Source: Escherichia phage vB_EcoM_ESCO47
Length of the DNA: 64,000 nt
Sequence record: OM386662.1
Reading direction: 5' to 3' (one strand)
In this document: positions 51,767-64,000 of the stretch, one piece after another
How the letters are laid out: each line of letters starts with the position of its first letter
Numbering within the stretch: position 1 is the first letter of the stretch
Translations under genes and position numbers: made by a program
Notes under the pieces: model-generated
Databases searched by the model: none
Told to the model about the DNA's origin: nothing
What the model saw: only the letters and a program-made list of their open reading frames with translations

Positions 51767-53335
51767 TTAGATGCCTTTTACATATACACGGCGGAAGTAA
51801 GCATTCTTACCAAGGCTGTTCAGGATAGACGGCGAACCGGACTGGATGCGAGCACCTGGAGCCTGCTGGGAACTTTCAGCAAACGGGTTAACACCGATAC
51901 CGTAACGAGTTTTAAAGCCCATTACCGGCTGGAAGTTCTTAGGATCGGAACCACGCAGTGGGGTGAGTGCAACGTAAGGAGCATAGTAAATACCTGCATC
52001 CATTTCGTTAGCGCCTTTGTAACCAACGGTGAAGTAATCCTGTTTAGCATACTGGTCGATGTATACGCGGTATTTACCACCAAGTACACCGGCGAATACA
52101 GACTTAGTAGTGTCGGTATTAAAACCAGAAGCCAGACCCTGTGCAGCGTAAGAAATACCAGTATCAACTGAAGCCAGTACGTTAACTACGTTACGGGAAG
52201 CGATAATGAAGTTACCTTCACCACGGCCGGTTTGACGAGCAATTTCAACTGCTTCTTTATCAATCTGGAACAACAGAGCTTTAAAGCTCTCACCAGCCCA
52301 ACGAGCACCACGGATATCAATCGGATCCTGGAAGTCAAATACACCAGCTTTAGCACCAGCAGTATTGGTCATACCGGATTTACCAACCTGTGCAGAGTAG
52401 TTAATCCAATCAACAACTTCACGGTTGATTTCAAGCATGATTTCAGTAGCCAGAATACCACTCAGTTCAGCATCTGCATCCATACCGTGTACTGCACGAA
52501 GATCCTGTGCCAGTTCGATAGAGTAAGCAGCTTTCAACTGACGGGATTTAGCTTCGATAACTTGTTTATCGATACGGAAGCCCATTTCGTTCCAAGGGTT
52601 ATCACTAGAACCATTGAAGCCTTCCTGAAGTTCAGCGATAGAAGTAGCCATACCTTCAGCGATTTCAACGAGTTTACCAGCTTCAACTTGTTTCAGAACT
52701 TCTTCATCAAGTAGTTTAGGGGTGGTAGCTGCAGCATCAATAGTAACAGCTTCAACAGCCTGCAGATATGCAGAACCGGTTTCAGTGAAGAAATGATAAT
52801 AAATGTCGCCAACTACAGTGGTCAGACCAGCTGCAACAGGAGCGAATGCTTGAGCGGCACCTTTACCAGAATACATTGCATCCGGAGCATACATCGGATG
52901 GAAAGCTTCTTTAGCACCGGCAGCGACAGGGTCTTTACCATATACTGCGCGAAGAGCAAATACCTGACCGGTAGGGCTGTTCATAGGCTGAACACCGCAA
53001 ATATCAAAAGCGATCAGATTAGGGATAGCACGACGAACCATACCCATAACTGCCGGACCGATCTGGGTTACTGCACCAGAGGTTTGACCTGCTGCGATGT
53101 TCTGAGCATTATAACCGTGGTCACCGCCAATTTCTGCTTCGGTCAAGAAAGAACCAAATGCCTGAGCGATTTTTTCGTCTTTATATTCAGGGGATACTTC
53201 GAAATCTTTTTCCTGGTTTTCGAAGATTTTAGCGATAATAGCCTGCTTGCTATTAGCGATTTCCGGCAGGCCTTCACCTTCCAGCAGTTCTTTCCATTTG
53301 TCTACGAGCTGAGCTTTAGTTTTGATAGTAGTCAT
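51767..53335 (-). CDS. 23: gp23, major capsid protein
   Basis: 522 aa; AAEIGGDHGYNAQNIAAGQTSGAVTQIGPAVMGMVRR matches recalled T4 gp23; GC-richer codon usage. Confidence 0.95.
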   Translation of the reverse strand: MTTIKTKAQLVDKWKELLEGEGLPEIANSKQAIIAKIFENQEKDFEVSPEYKDEKIAQAFGSFLTEAEIGGDHGYNAQNIAAGQTSGAVTQIGPAVMGMVRRAIPNLIAFDICGVQPMNSPTGQVFALRAVYGKDPVAAGAKEAFHPMYAPDAMYSGKGAAQAFAPVAAGLTTVVGDIYYHFFTETGSAYLQAVEAVTIDAAATTPKLLDEEVLKQVEAGKLVEIAEGMATSIAELQEGFNGSSDNPWNEMGFRIDKQVIEAKSRQLKAAYSIELAQDLRAVHGMDADAELSGILATEIMLEINREVVDWINYSAQVGKSGMTNTAGAKAGVFDFQDPIDIRGARWAGESFKALLFQIDKEAVEIARQTGRGEGNFIIASRNVVNVLASVDTGISYAAQGLASGFNTDTTKSVFAGVLGGKYRVYIDQYAKQDYFTVGYKGANEMDAGIYYAPYVALTPLRGSDPKNFQPVMGFKTRYGIGVNPFAESSQQAPGARIQSGSPSILNSLGKNAYFRRVYVKGI

Positions 53336-53352
53336 TTGTGTTAACCTTTAAA

Positions 53353-54165
53353 TTAGAAACGAGATGCGACTTTCGCATATAAACTTACATTAGAATTCTG
53401 TTCTACCGGAGTTTCGGTATTCCCAACTGCTTCGGTAACAAAATTAAGACCGGCAGCGTCATTGTCAACGGTATTTATACTTTCAGTAATGGCGGTTTCT
53501 TCTTTAGTAGAACCTTTAACCATTTCTACGATAGCCGACAGTTTAGTACCAAATACGTCGGAATAATCCATTCCTTCAACCAGACCAATAACTTTTTCTT
53601 TCTGAGATTCGGTCAGGTCTTTAACGCTTTCAATAATAGCGGTTTCACGCTGAACGTAATTAATATACGCATCACGTTTGGTAACTTCTTCGAACAAATG
53701 AGCAGTTTCTGCTTTATGTTCAGCCAGCTCTTCTTCCATTTCTGCAACTACATCAACGGATTCTTCTGGAACAACAACATTGTGTTCAACGAACAGTTCT
53801 TTAAGACCACCAAGCATGGATTCGAACAAATCAGCTTTAATGCCTTTATCGACTGCGATTTGGTTTTCGGCAAGCCATTCTTTGGCAAGATGATCAAGGA
53901 ATTTAGAAGCTTGTTCAGTCAATTTTTTATCAGCTTTGTCTTCAGCGTCTTCCTTAGCCTTTTCAACTTCCTCTTCGGCTTTTTCTGCAATAGCTTTGAT
54001 ATGGGATTCAGCCAGTTTAACGGCTTCCTGCTTAACGGTGGCTTCGAATACAGTGCTGAAATTAGCTTTAACGTCCGGAGACAGGTCAACTGATTCGAAA
54101 ACACTATTAAGAGCAACTGAAGTCTCGATATTCTGAGCTTCTTTCAAAAGTTGTTCTTTAATCAT
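53353..54165 (-). CDS. 22: gp22, prohead core scaffold
   Basis: 270 aa, Glu/Lys/Ala-rich helical protein, synteny. Confidence 0.85.
   Translation of the reverse strand: MIKEQLLKEAQNIETSVALNSVFESVDLSPDVKANFSTVFEATVKQEAVKLAESHIKAIAEKAEEEVEKAKEDAEDKADKKLTEQASKFLDHLAKEWLAENQIAVDKGIKADLFESMLGGLKELFVEHNVVVPEESVDVVAEMEEELAEHKAETAHLFEEVTKRDAYINYVQRETAIIESVKDLTESQKEKVIGLVEGMDYSDVFGTKLSAIVEMVKGSTKEETAITESINTVDNDAAGLNFVTEAVGNTETPVEQNSNVSLYAKVASRF
53472..53479 (-). promoter_or_regulatory. candidate late promoter for gene 23 (inside gene 22 3-prime end)
   Basis: TATTTATA on + strand about 140 nt upstream of gene 23 start. Confidence 0.35.
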
Positions 54166-54195
54166 TTTAGTGTCCTGTGGTTTAGATTACATTAT

Positions 54196-54203
54196 TATTT
54201 ATA
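54196..54203 (-). promoter_or_regulatory. late promoter TATAAATA for gene 22
   Basis: 31 nt upstream of start. Confidence 0.55.
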
Positions 54204-54840
54204 ATGCTTTTAAACTCTCTGCGAGAGCTTTAAATGCTTCATCAGCACTGTTTTTGGTGGAATCCACCATTGTTTCTGATTCTGAAATTTGTTTTGGAGT
54301 AACCCAAGCATCTGGAGCAGAAGGTCCCCATACGGCGTCAACGCCTACGGTTAATTTAAAACCTTCGTTAACAATACGGTATCCTTTGTTGGTTTCAGTT
54401 AAAGAACCTAGACCACGAGAGGAAACGCCTGGAATCCAACCTGCACGTATATTAGCTGCTAATTTATCACCGGGACCATGGTCACCTTCAATAATTCTAG
54501 CACGCCCATATACATCATTTCCTTTCCACCACATATCTTCGATAATGATAGCGGCTTGCATAGGGTCAACGTTTGCACGAGGTGGATGATTTAATTCTCC
54601 AAGGGCTTGTTTAGTAACAACTTGCTCTTTAATATAATCCGAAACAGCTTTTTCTAAAACACGTTTAGGATATAAGCGTTTATTACGGTTAACTACTTCC
54701 GCCTGAAGAAAAATACCTTCTATATAAAGCCCTGGTTTTAAGCCAGAATCTTTTCCATCGTGAGATTCCAACATTGGAACACCGTCGATAATCTCACCGG
54801 GTTGACCCCAAGTTTCAATAAGTAACTCGGGAGTATTCAT
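54199..54840 (-). CDS. 21: gp21, prohead protease
   Basis: 213 aa, synteny 20-67-68-21-22-23. Confidence 0.9.
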   Translation of the reverse strand: MNTPELLIETWGQPGEIIDGVPMLESHDGKDSGLKPGLYIEGIFLQAEVVNRNKRLYPKRVLEKAVSDYIKEQVVTKQALGELNHPPRANVDPMQAAIIIEDMWWKGNDVYGRARIIEGDHGPGDKLAANIRAGWIPGVSSRGLGSLTETNKGYRIVNEGFKLTVGVDAVWGPSAPDAWVTPKQISESETMVDSTKNSADEAFKALAESLKAL

Positions 54841-55265
54841 TAACTTAATCCTAATGCTTGACGACGTTTAATAGCTTTTTTACGCTTACGCTGAGCACGA
54901 GCCTGACCAGATGGGTTGGCTTTTTTAGCTTTAACGACCTTACGAGCGATTTGTCTACGTTTTGCTTTAGAAAGACCCGTAGTTTGGAACGCATTACGTT
55001 CGCGAGTTTTACGGTCTTTAGTGCGGGTAATTTCACCGCGAGAAGAAACGTGTTTAACAATAAACTCATTTAGCTGTTCTTCGTTAATAATAGAAGCCAT
55101 TGCGATAGCTAAATCCGTTTCAGTTTCAAGCATGTTCTCGATAATATTATTTATATCATTATTATCGAGAGCAGAAGACAATGCATCGATACGGCCCTGT
55201 GCTTCAGGAATAAGTGCTTCGACATTTTCGAGTACTAATTCATAAGATTCAGGGATTAAATACAT
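54840..55265 (-). CDS. 68: gp68, prohead core protein
   Basis: 141 aa, basic C-terminus. Confidence 0.75.
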   Translation of the reverse strand: MYLIPESYELVLENVEALIPEAQGRIDALSSALDNNDINNIIENMLETETDLAIAMASIINEEQLNEFIVKHVSSRGEITRTKDRKTRERNAFQTTGLSKAKRRQIARKVVKAKKANPSGQARAQRKRKKAIKRRQALGLS

Positions 55266-55498
55266 TATTCGTCCTCGTCGTCTTCGTCATCTTCCGACTC
55301 ATCTTCGTCTTCATACTCATCTTCGTCTTCAGACTCATCTTCGTCTTTAGGTTCTTCGCCTTCAATCATAAATTGCCTAGCAATTTCTACTTTGCGAGCT
55401 TCAACCAAACTAGTCGCTTTCGCCGCCATCGCACTTTCAAAAAATTTACGAGCAGCAACGAGGTCGTTTGATTTAATAGCCTGAATTAAATCGTCCAT
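55265..55498 (-). CDS. 67: gp67, prohead core protein
   Basis: 77 aa with Asp/Glu-rich C-terminal tail. Confidence 0.7.
   Translation of the reverse strand: MDDLIQAIKSNDLVAARKFFESAMAAKATSLVEARKVEIARQFMIEGEEPKDEDESEDEDEYEDEDESEDDEDDEDE
55266..55345 (-). repeat. imperfect tandem repeat encoding the acidic tail of gp67
   Basis: TCATCTTCGTCTTCA units recur three times. Confidence 0.6.
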
Positions 55499-57069
55499 TA
55501 AAAATCCTCTTGTTCTTGATCGGGGTCTTGGAAACGAGCCTCTTTCGACTCTTCTTCAATCTGCTTAGCCTCTTGTTCAATTTCCTCATCAGACATCTGA
55601 AGAATATCTTTCATTGCTGATCTATGAGAAATATATTTACCAATAAATGGTTCGGCCATCTGAAGCATGTTAATGCGTCGCTCCAGAATTTCAGCATCTT
55701 TTAATTCCGAGAAATAACTATCCCGATGAAATTTTATCTTAATATTATTTATTTCATCGTTCCACTCGTCTTCCGTAATAATTCCTTTAAGAATTAAATT
55801 AGTTTTAAGCGGGTCTAGGAATATCTCTTCAAATTTATGTTGCAGCTCACGAATAAATTTACCAAATGTCAATTCATCTCGTGTAATAGAAGTACCAGCA
55901 TCAAACTGTATACCACCTTGGTCGCTTGGAATACGGGTAATAGGAATACGTAAAGCCATATAAAGCGCATTACGGAACCAACGTACATCTTCCATATTTC
56001 CAGTATTATCTGCACCCGGTAATGTATCAACTTCTGTTACTGCTTTACCATCACGTCGTTGTAACCAATAATCTTCGGTCATCGACATAATATGCTGTTG
56101 GTTTTTAATCTTGCCTGTAGTAGCATCATATGCAATACGGTTTTTCATCGTATTCATAACATGTTGCATATGTTCTGCTGCTTTTCTTGAAGGCATATTA
56201 CCTGTATCAACGTACCATACACGACGATCGGGAGCACGAGTAATACGATAAATTACGACAGCATCTTCAAGAAGTTTTAATTGGTTCGCCGGCTTAATAG
56301 CCCGATGCAAATAACCAATGATATTTTTACCACAACAATCAACTAAACCAGAATGGGCATAAACAATCGCGGCTTTAGGGATTTTTATTTTTGTGCCAGC
56401 TTCATATATGCGACCATCACAAGCATAAGATTCGTGTGATGTGTCATAAATGAAATATTCTTTATAACCCTTGACTATTTTAACACCAGCTTCAGTGGTT
56501 GTAATAACTTCACGGACATATTGAACTTGACGTGGGTCTAAACGACGAAGCTCTTTAATACCTTCTTTAGGGCGTTTAGGGTCAATAATTTTATGGAAGA
56601 AAATTCGAGAATCTACGTACCAACGTCTAAAATGGTCTGAACCTTTACGTTGGAAAGATAAATGATTTAACACTTCGTTAAATTCATCCAACATCATTGA
56701 TTTGATATTTGGACTAAATTTTGTGTTGTCTAAATTTATAGAAACGACTTCTGTATCATCTTCATACACGATAGCATCGGAAACTATTTCAGAGACTGCA
56801 TTATCCACTTCATAGTTCGTCATCAAATTTCGATACGTATCGATTAATTCACGGGTTGATTTGAGCCCTGGTTCTTGGCTACCGAACATTCTCTGAAACA
56901 TAGCATTATATGTTTGCTGTGCTTCATTTTCAGATACTTCGTATTCTCTAGCACCGTCGTCTATTTTTGGAGCGGTAATAGATTCTAAATTTTCTTTTTC
57001 TTTTTGTTGATAATCACGTTCGTCCATTTTTGCCCATGGAGCAAACAAACTTAAGATATTAAATTTCAT
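55498..57069 (-). CDS. 20: gp20, portal vertex protein
   Basis: 523 aa, late promoter 29 nt upstream. Confidence 0.9.
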   Translation of the reverse strand: MKFNILSLFAPWAKMDERDYQQKEKENLESITAPKIDDGAREYEVSENEAQQTYNAMFQRMFGSQEPGLKSTRELIDTYRNLMTNYEVDNAVSEIVSDAIVYEDDTEVVSINLDNTKFSPNIKSMMLDEFNEVLNHLSFQRKGSDHFRRWYVDSRIFFHKIIDPKRPKEGIKELRRLDPRQVQYVREVITTTEAGVKIVKGYKEYFIYDTSHESYACDGRIYEAGTKIKIPKAAIVYAHSGLVDCCGKNIIGYLHRAIKPANQLKLLEDAVVIYRITRAPDRRVWYVDTGNMPSRKAAEHMQHVMNTMKNRIAYDATTGKIKNQQHIMSMTEDYWLQRRDGKAVTEVDTLPGADNTGNMEDVRWFRNALYMALRIPITRIPSDQGGIQFDAGTSITRDELTFGKFIRELQHKFEEIFLDPLKTNLILKGIITEDEWNDEINNIKIKFHRDSYFSELKDAEILERRINMLQMAEPFIGKYISHRSAMKDILQMSDEEIEQEAKQIEEESKEARFQDPDQEQEDF

Positions 57070-57097
57070 TGTATTCTCCGAATGGGAATTATAGTTA

Positions 57098-57105
57098 TAT
57101 TTATA
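57098..57105 (-). promoter_or_regulatory. late promoter TATAAATA for gene 20
   Basis: 29 nt upstream of start. Confidence 0.6.
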
Positions 57106-57153
57106 ATGGACTACTCCGCATCAGCAGGAAATGGGGATTTCTCCCCATCATAA

Positions 57154-57645
57154 TTATTCCCACCAATCGAATGCAAGAGTCACTTCAAATGTTTCAATCT
57201 CGTTATTACTATCCCAATCAAGAGATACTTCGCCTACGTTAATAGGCCACATGCCGACGATTTCAACTTCTTTAGTGATAGTTTTAGCATCACGGGCGAA
57301 TTGACGAACAACAGCAGTCTTTTTATATTCAGCCGGTTTACCACCAGTGATTTCATTGCCTTGTCCAGCAGCAATACCCTGCCAATCAACAAATTTCTGA
57401 CGAATGGTATGAGCGTCGTCATTCATTACAGTAATAGTCCAATCATCAAATGTACGGTCACCAGCGACATTGATTTTACGGTTCATATATGAAACAGGAA
57501 CCTTTTCAACAATACCAGCCGGAAGAGCAGTAGCACGACATTGGAAGCTAAAGTTTTGCCCAAGATAAGAGATTTCTACTTCGAATAGGTTAGGGCGAGC
57601 GAAATCACCGGATTCGAAGGCGCGAGTTACGTCATCTACAAACAT
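57154..57645 (-). CDS. 19: gp19, tail tube protein
   Basis: 163 aa (T4 length). Confidence 0.9.
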   Translation of the reverse strand: MFVDDVTRAFESGDFARPNLFEVEISYLGQNFSFQCRATALPAGIVEKVPVSYMNRKINVAGDRTFDDWTITVMNDDAHTIRQKFVDWQGIAAGQGNEITGGKPAEYKKTAVVRQFARDAKTITKEVEIVGMWPINVGEVSLDWDSNNEIETFEVTLAFDWWE

Positions 57646-57717
57646 ATTAGCCTCTGTAGTATTATGGGCTCTAGATTAACCAGATGCCCATAGAATTAAT
57701 TTTTAATCGATATAGTA

Positions 57718-57725
57718 TATTTATA
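57718..57725 (-). promoter_or_regulatory. late promoter TATAAATA for gene 19
   Basis: in 18-19 intergenic region. Confidence 0.5.
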
Positions 57726-57757
57726 TGGCCTACGCTAATAGGCCATCAGGCTATCTC

Positions 57758-59737
57758 TTAACCCACAACACCAATCAGTTCATCGAAATCTGCACCAGTC
57801 GCAGTAGCAACAAAGTTCAGAGTGATGTAATTTATCGATCGCGACGGTTGCAAGTAGAAAGTAGCAACAAATTCATTACGATCGATAACAGCCGGTGTGT
57901 TGTTGGTAGTATCACAGACAACTTTAAAGTTATATACACCACCGAGTGCTTTAATACCCTGCAAATACTGAGACGTTTCTGTACGGAATGCAGAACGAGT
58001 AAATGCGTTGTTCAGTTCGAACAGACGGTATTTAGAGGCATTACCAATATTGGTCTTAACCATGTTGAACAAACGACGAACGTTAATACGATCAAATGGA
58101 GAAGGAACAGATGTAGCGGTTTTATCGCCATACAGAACAAATCCATCACCACCGGTACCGGTAACAGGGTTAATGCCTTCCTGGTATAAACGATCACGTT
58201 GTGCTTGGCGAGTTTCTATAGCCAATTTAATAACATTAAGAATCTGGCCACGATTATAACCAGCCGGAGACATCCAAGGATGAGAAATATTGTCGGTACG
58301 AGCACAAAGACCTGCGATATCAGCTGCTAACGGAACCCAACGATTCACATCGTTATATTTGTCATACTGATACTTATAGTTACCGTCAATAGCAGCGTAT
58401 GTCGAGCTTACGTTAAAGTTATTATCGGTGTATGTACCAGCAGCAGTACGCCAGTCAACAAGATTGTCAACAGCACGATTAACAGGAACACCAACGACTG
58501 TTTCACGAGGCGGTGAGCAAAGTACCAGGCAGTCTTGACGAGAATCACCTATTGCAACAACGTGTTTCTGAACAGTAGACGCAACTTCTAAAGATTCACC
58601 TGCACAAGCACCAGCAATAAACAACTGAGCATTAACTGATTCACGGTCAGCGAAAAAATCCCACGCTTCCATTAAATCGCCTGCTTGAACAGTTTCGTTA
58701 GAAGATAAACCGCCGCTCAATTTAATAACACCGGAAAAACCTTTCGGCCAACCCTGGGAAGTAGCGAAAATATAGTTGCTTGCTCCTTTAGCGAAGAAAT
58801 CATCGATAAAGATATTGCTACCGTAAATATCACGTTCACCGCGTTTAGTAGAAAGAACTATACTCTGTACAACTGCGTCATTACGACGAACAATAATTGC
58901 GTACTGATCATCAGTTTGCGGCCCGTATCCAAAAATAGCTTTAGCGGTAGAATAACGAGTACCACCATCAGGATAAACTTTAAGCTGAGCAGAAGCTCCT
59001 AATGCATAATCAGCTTTAGAAACTATTTCGATTTCGATCTGGTCGCCTAATTCACCTGGATAAAGAGCAACAACACCTGGAAGACCATATTTTTTAATAG
59101 CTTCCTGGAATTGAGTAGAAGTGATAGCTTCTTCGGATGTTTCGACTTCAGTCAAAAGAATCCCGGAATCAGTTACAATAGAACCAATTGTAATAACACC
59201 GGAAATACCAGAAGAAGAGTTAGAAACTTCAGCTGTCCAGTTAGAACTTAGTGCCGGGTATTCATTAATTTCTTTAGCTTTAGCTATAATTTTAGCTGTC
59301 GGGATAAAAATGCTTAAAATTTTACCGTCCGCGTCAACTGAAGTAATAACGCCTTCACTTTCAACGATAGTAGTTGAATATTTGACGACAATTTTTTCGC
59401 CAACCGTATAGTTACTACCAGCGGCAGAAATTGTGTATTCAATATTGCCTGCAACAGGAGAAGAGTTCTTAGCAGTTTCACGATCTACTGCACGAACAAC
59501 ACGAAGATCATTACCGTATTGCAGGAAGTTCATTGCCGACATAAAATAATCAGCGGTTTCGTTATTAGGAGTACCAAACATATCAACTAACGCAACTTCA
59601 TCAGTGACTTGTTTAATCTGGAATGCAGGTCCCCATTGGAATTTTCCAACCAGGGCAGCAGTACCAGTGGAGTTATTAACTACAGTACTCTGTACCGTAG
59701 TTTCTTTGAGCTCAACGCCCGGAGAGAGAAGTGCCAT
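57758..59737 (-). CDS. 18: gp18, contractile tail sheath
   Basis: 659 aa (T4 length), late promoter upstream. Confidence 0.9.
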   Translation of the reverse strand: MALLSPGVELKETTVQSTVVNNSTGTAALVGKFQWGPAFQIKQVTDEVALVDMFGTPNNETADYFMSAMNFLQYGNDLRVVRAVDRETAKNSSPVAGNIEYTISAAGSNYTVGEKIVVKYSTTIVESEGVITSVDADGKILSIFIPTAKIIAKAKEINEYPALSSNWTAEVSNSSSGISGVITIGSIVTDSGILLTEVETSEEAITSTQFQEAIKKYGLPGVVALYPGELGDQIEIEIVSKADYALGASAQLKVYPDGGTRYSTAKAIFGYGPQTDDQYAIIVRRNDAVVQSIVLSTKRGERDIYGSNIFIDDFFAKGASNYIFATSQGWPKGFSGVIKLSGGLSSNETVQAGDLMEAWDFFADRESVNAQLFIAGACAGESLEVASTVQKHVVAIGDSRQDCLVLCSPPRETVVGVPVNRAVDNLVDWRTAAGTYTDNNFNVSSTYAAIDGNYKYQYDKYNDVNRWVPLAADIAGLCARTDNISHPWMSPAGYNRGQILNVIKLAIETRQAQRDRLYQEGINPVTGTGGDGFVLYGDKTATSVPSPFDRINVRRLFNMVKTNIGNASKYRLFELNNAFTRSAFRTETSQYLQGIKALGGVYNFKVVCDTTNNTPAVIDRNEFVATFYLQPSRSINYITLNFVATATGADFDELIGVVG

Positions 59738-59765
59738 TTTAATTCCTCTTAATTTGCTTTATTTT

Positions 59766-62078
<2,313 letters not shown>

Positions 62079-62087
62079 TTTAACCTC

Positions 62088-62909
62088 TTATTGTTTTCTA
62101 GGACCAGGCGGAGTAGGTGGTGACGGTATAGGAATATCATGAGTGTATGACTTATCAACTTCGCCATTCCAGTCTTGTACTTCAACATCTCTCGGCACAA
62201 CTTCTGTGTCTACCGATTCAAAAATACTCTCGGCTGTTTCAAGTTCTCTAGCATTAGCATGAAAATCAAGATACGTTGTTTTAATAAGACCTTCAGCTTC
62301 TCCAACAGGAGGATACATCCAACCGTTTACCTCAAATGTAAGGCTCCATTCTAGTCGACGACGAGATAAATTATCCCCGTCAATTTGTTCATCCATTGAT
62401 GCAGCCATCCACACTACTTTAATATCCCTTTCAAACGGAATATCTTGTCCGTATTGTTCAGTCATTGTGGTGTTAAAATGCGGTTGGAAATACGGGATAA
62501 TTTGCTCTACGATTTGAAACATGTCATCTTCATAACGAGTAAAGATGCTTAATTCAAAAATCATTTTAATTGGTGAAGGGTTATATTGGTCAACGATATC
62601 ACTAGTTGATTTACTCAAAAGTGTGTTGTTCAATATATTCGTTTTAAACGTAGGGTTATAAACGAAGTCCACCATTTGGAGATTTATGCGTGGCAGAATA
62701 GTTTCAACTTTAGCCACATCTTCTTGTGAGTTTATAGAAGTCCACTTATTAAGTTTCATCATAAAGTGCTCTTTAGATGCATAAGTAATAGGGACCCGAA
62801 TTAAAGTGTTGCCTGATGATAATTGACGGTTGACTTGGATATTTGAAAACAAGTCACCCATCAGTGTAATATATCGTCTGAATGACGAGTTATAAAAATA
62901 ACCAAACAT
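62088..62909 (-). CDS. 15: gp15, tail sheath stabiliser / tail terminator
   Basis: 273 aa, synteny. Confidence 0.8.
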   Translation of the reverse strand: MFGYFYNSSFRRYITLMGDLFSNIQVNRQLSSGNTLIRVPITYASKEHFMMKLNKWTSINSQEDVAKVETILPRINLQMVDFVYNPTFKTNILNNTLLSKSTSDIVDQYNPSPIKMIFELSIFTRYEDDMFQIVEQIIPYFQPHFNTTMTEQYGQDIPFERDIKVVWMAASMDEQIDGDNLSRRRLEWSLTFEVNGWMYPPVGEAEGLIKTTYLDFHANARELETAESIFESVDTEVVPRDVEVQDWNGEVDKSYTHDIPIPSPPTPPGPRKQ

Positions 62910-62957
62910 TATTTCTCCTAACCGGCCTTTCGACCGGTGTTTGCTTTATCTTATTTA

Positions 62958-63719
62958 TTAATTCATGAACTCATCATCAAATGGTGATTGTTTACCTCTG
63001 TTATTAACTACAACATACGGCTCAACAAATTCTGAGGCCTCTTTATTGATCTGATCAACTTCGGAATACTCATCAATATCAATATCATGAATTCCATTAA
63101 GATTTCTAACAGGATTAAGTTCAAGATCACTAAATTCAGGGATATTAATTCCATCATTTTTCTGGAGAACCGGATTAATCTCTTCACCTGAGTAGATAAA
63201 TTTACCTGCCGTAATTTTACGAATAGCGTTTTTACCGACTTGATAGAACGGGTCATATGGTTCAACCCAATTAATTTCAAACAAGCTATTGTCCATTGGG
63301 AAGTATATTAAATCACCTTCTTTAGGCTCCTGGCCGTTGACCTGATGTTTGAAAAGACCTGGGTTGATAGATAATGTAACTTCGTCTTGTACTTGCATTC
63401 CGAAGTTGCTGAAGAACGATTTCGCTCCTTCATAACCTTCAAAAGAGTTCAAATACGCTGCGAACTTCCAAGCTTTAGTGAATTTATTTTTAAGGTCTTC
63501 ACCAAAAATAAGGTCCGCTGCAACATATTCACGTGGAACATAAAAACATTCTATCCCACGCATCTGTATACTTTCTGCTACTAACACATCAGCTAGGGTT
63601 TGACTATTTTCGTATTTGTTGAAGTTCACGTATTTGTTTAAAATCTCGGTTTCATTTGTCTGAGCATAACCACCGCGATTTTCTAGTTTAGCGAATAGAT
63701 TTTTATCATAAGTGGCCAT
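62958..63719 (-). CDS. 14: gp14, neck protein
   Basis: 253 aa, synteny. Confidence 0.8.
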   Translation of the reverse strand: MATYDKNLFAKLENRGGYAQTNETEILNKYVNFNKYENSQTLADVLVAESIQMRGIECFYVPREYVAADLIFGEDLKNKFTKAWKFAAYLNSFEGYEGAKSFFSNFGMQVQDEVTLSINPGLFKHQVNGQEPKEGDLIYFPMDNSLFEINWVEPYDPFYQVGKNAIRKITAGKFIYSGEEINPVLQKNDGINIPEFSDLELNPVRNLNGIHDIDIDEYSEVDQINKEASEFVEPYVVVNNRGKQSPFDDEFMN

Positions 63720-63723
63720 AGTT

Positions 63724-64000
63724 TTAACCTATCAAGATGCCTGCTGGCGGATCAAGTAAATACAATTCTTCGCGTAAAGCTTCTTTTTCTAATCGAGCTT
63801 CTTCAATTAATCTCACCCCATCTACAGTAACACCGCCGGGCAGCATCATACCCTGATGTTTAGCTAAAATTTGTCCATTTAGTTCTTTAGCTAAAGCTGT
63901 TGCATAATCTTTAACCCAACGATTGTTATATGCACCTTGCTTCATTCCAGGATCTTCACCAACACGACGTCCGACTAAGTTGCGGTCTGGGTTATTGTAT
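63724..64000 (-). CDS. 13: gp13, neck protein (C-terminal part; CDS runs off window edge)
   Basis: reading frame open with no stop from 63945 to 64000; position upstream of gene 14. Confidence 0.65.
   Translation of the reverse strand, partial: YNNPDRNLVGRRVGEDPGMKQGAYNNRWVKDYATALAKELNGQILAKHQGMMLPGGVTVDGVRLIEEARLEKEALREELYLLDPPAGILIG

Noticed and set aside
52232-53344. + strand ORFs 52232..52714 and 52793..53344 inside gene 23
   Set aside because: Entirely antisense to the major capsid gene, low-complexity translation, no expression signals
62918-62940. Weak hairpin ACCGG..CCGGT between genes 15 and 14
   Set aside because: Only a 5-bp stem with an 8-nt loop and no flanking U-tract; not convincing as a terminator

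Overview
This window reads as a contiguous segment of a T4-like (T-even, Tequatrovirus-type) myovirus genome, AT-rich and almost entirely coding. Identifications rest on recalled T4 protein sequences, motifs, ORF lengths and strict T4 gene order; no database search was run. Left to right: small early genes and asiA (+); holin t and the long-tail-fibre genes 38-37-36-35-34 (-); the early replication and nucleotide-metabolism block rnh-dsbA-33-59-32-frd-td-nrdA-nrdB-denA-rnlA-alc, spanin pair, pseT, cd, 31, rIII, DNA ligase 30 and alt (+); baseplate genes 54-48-29-28-27-51 (-) and 26-25 (+); uvsY (+), uvsW (-), inh-hoc-rnlB (+); then the head and tail block 24-23-22-21-68-67-20-19-18-17-16-15-14 and partial 13 (-). 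Regulatory grammar is visible by eye: at least 11 copies of a GTTTAC...TAnTAT early-promoter module, TATAAATA late promoters about 30 nt upstream of many late genes, MotA-box middle promoters, and UUCG/GNRA hairpin terminators. The main departure from canonical T4 is a complete class I DAHP synthase (AroG/F/H-like) gene between the cd.x ORFs and cd. Other departures: td and nrdB are uninterrupted (no group I introns), no seg homing-endonuclease genes sit at the 32/59, uvsW/inh or 23/24 junctions, and a 24.2-like ORF carries an in-frame TAA. I found no tRNA, CRISPR array or integrase.
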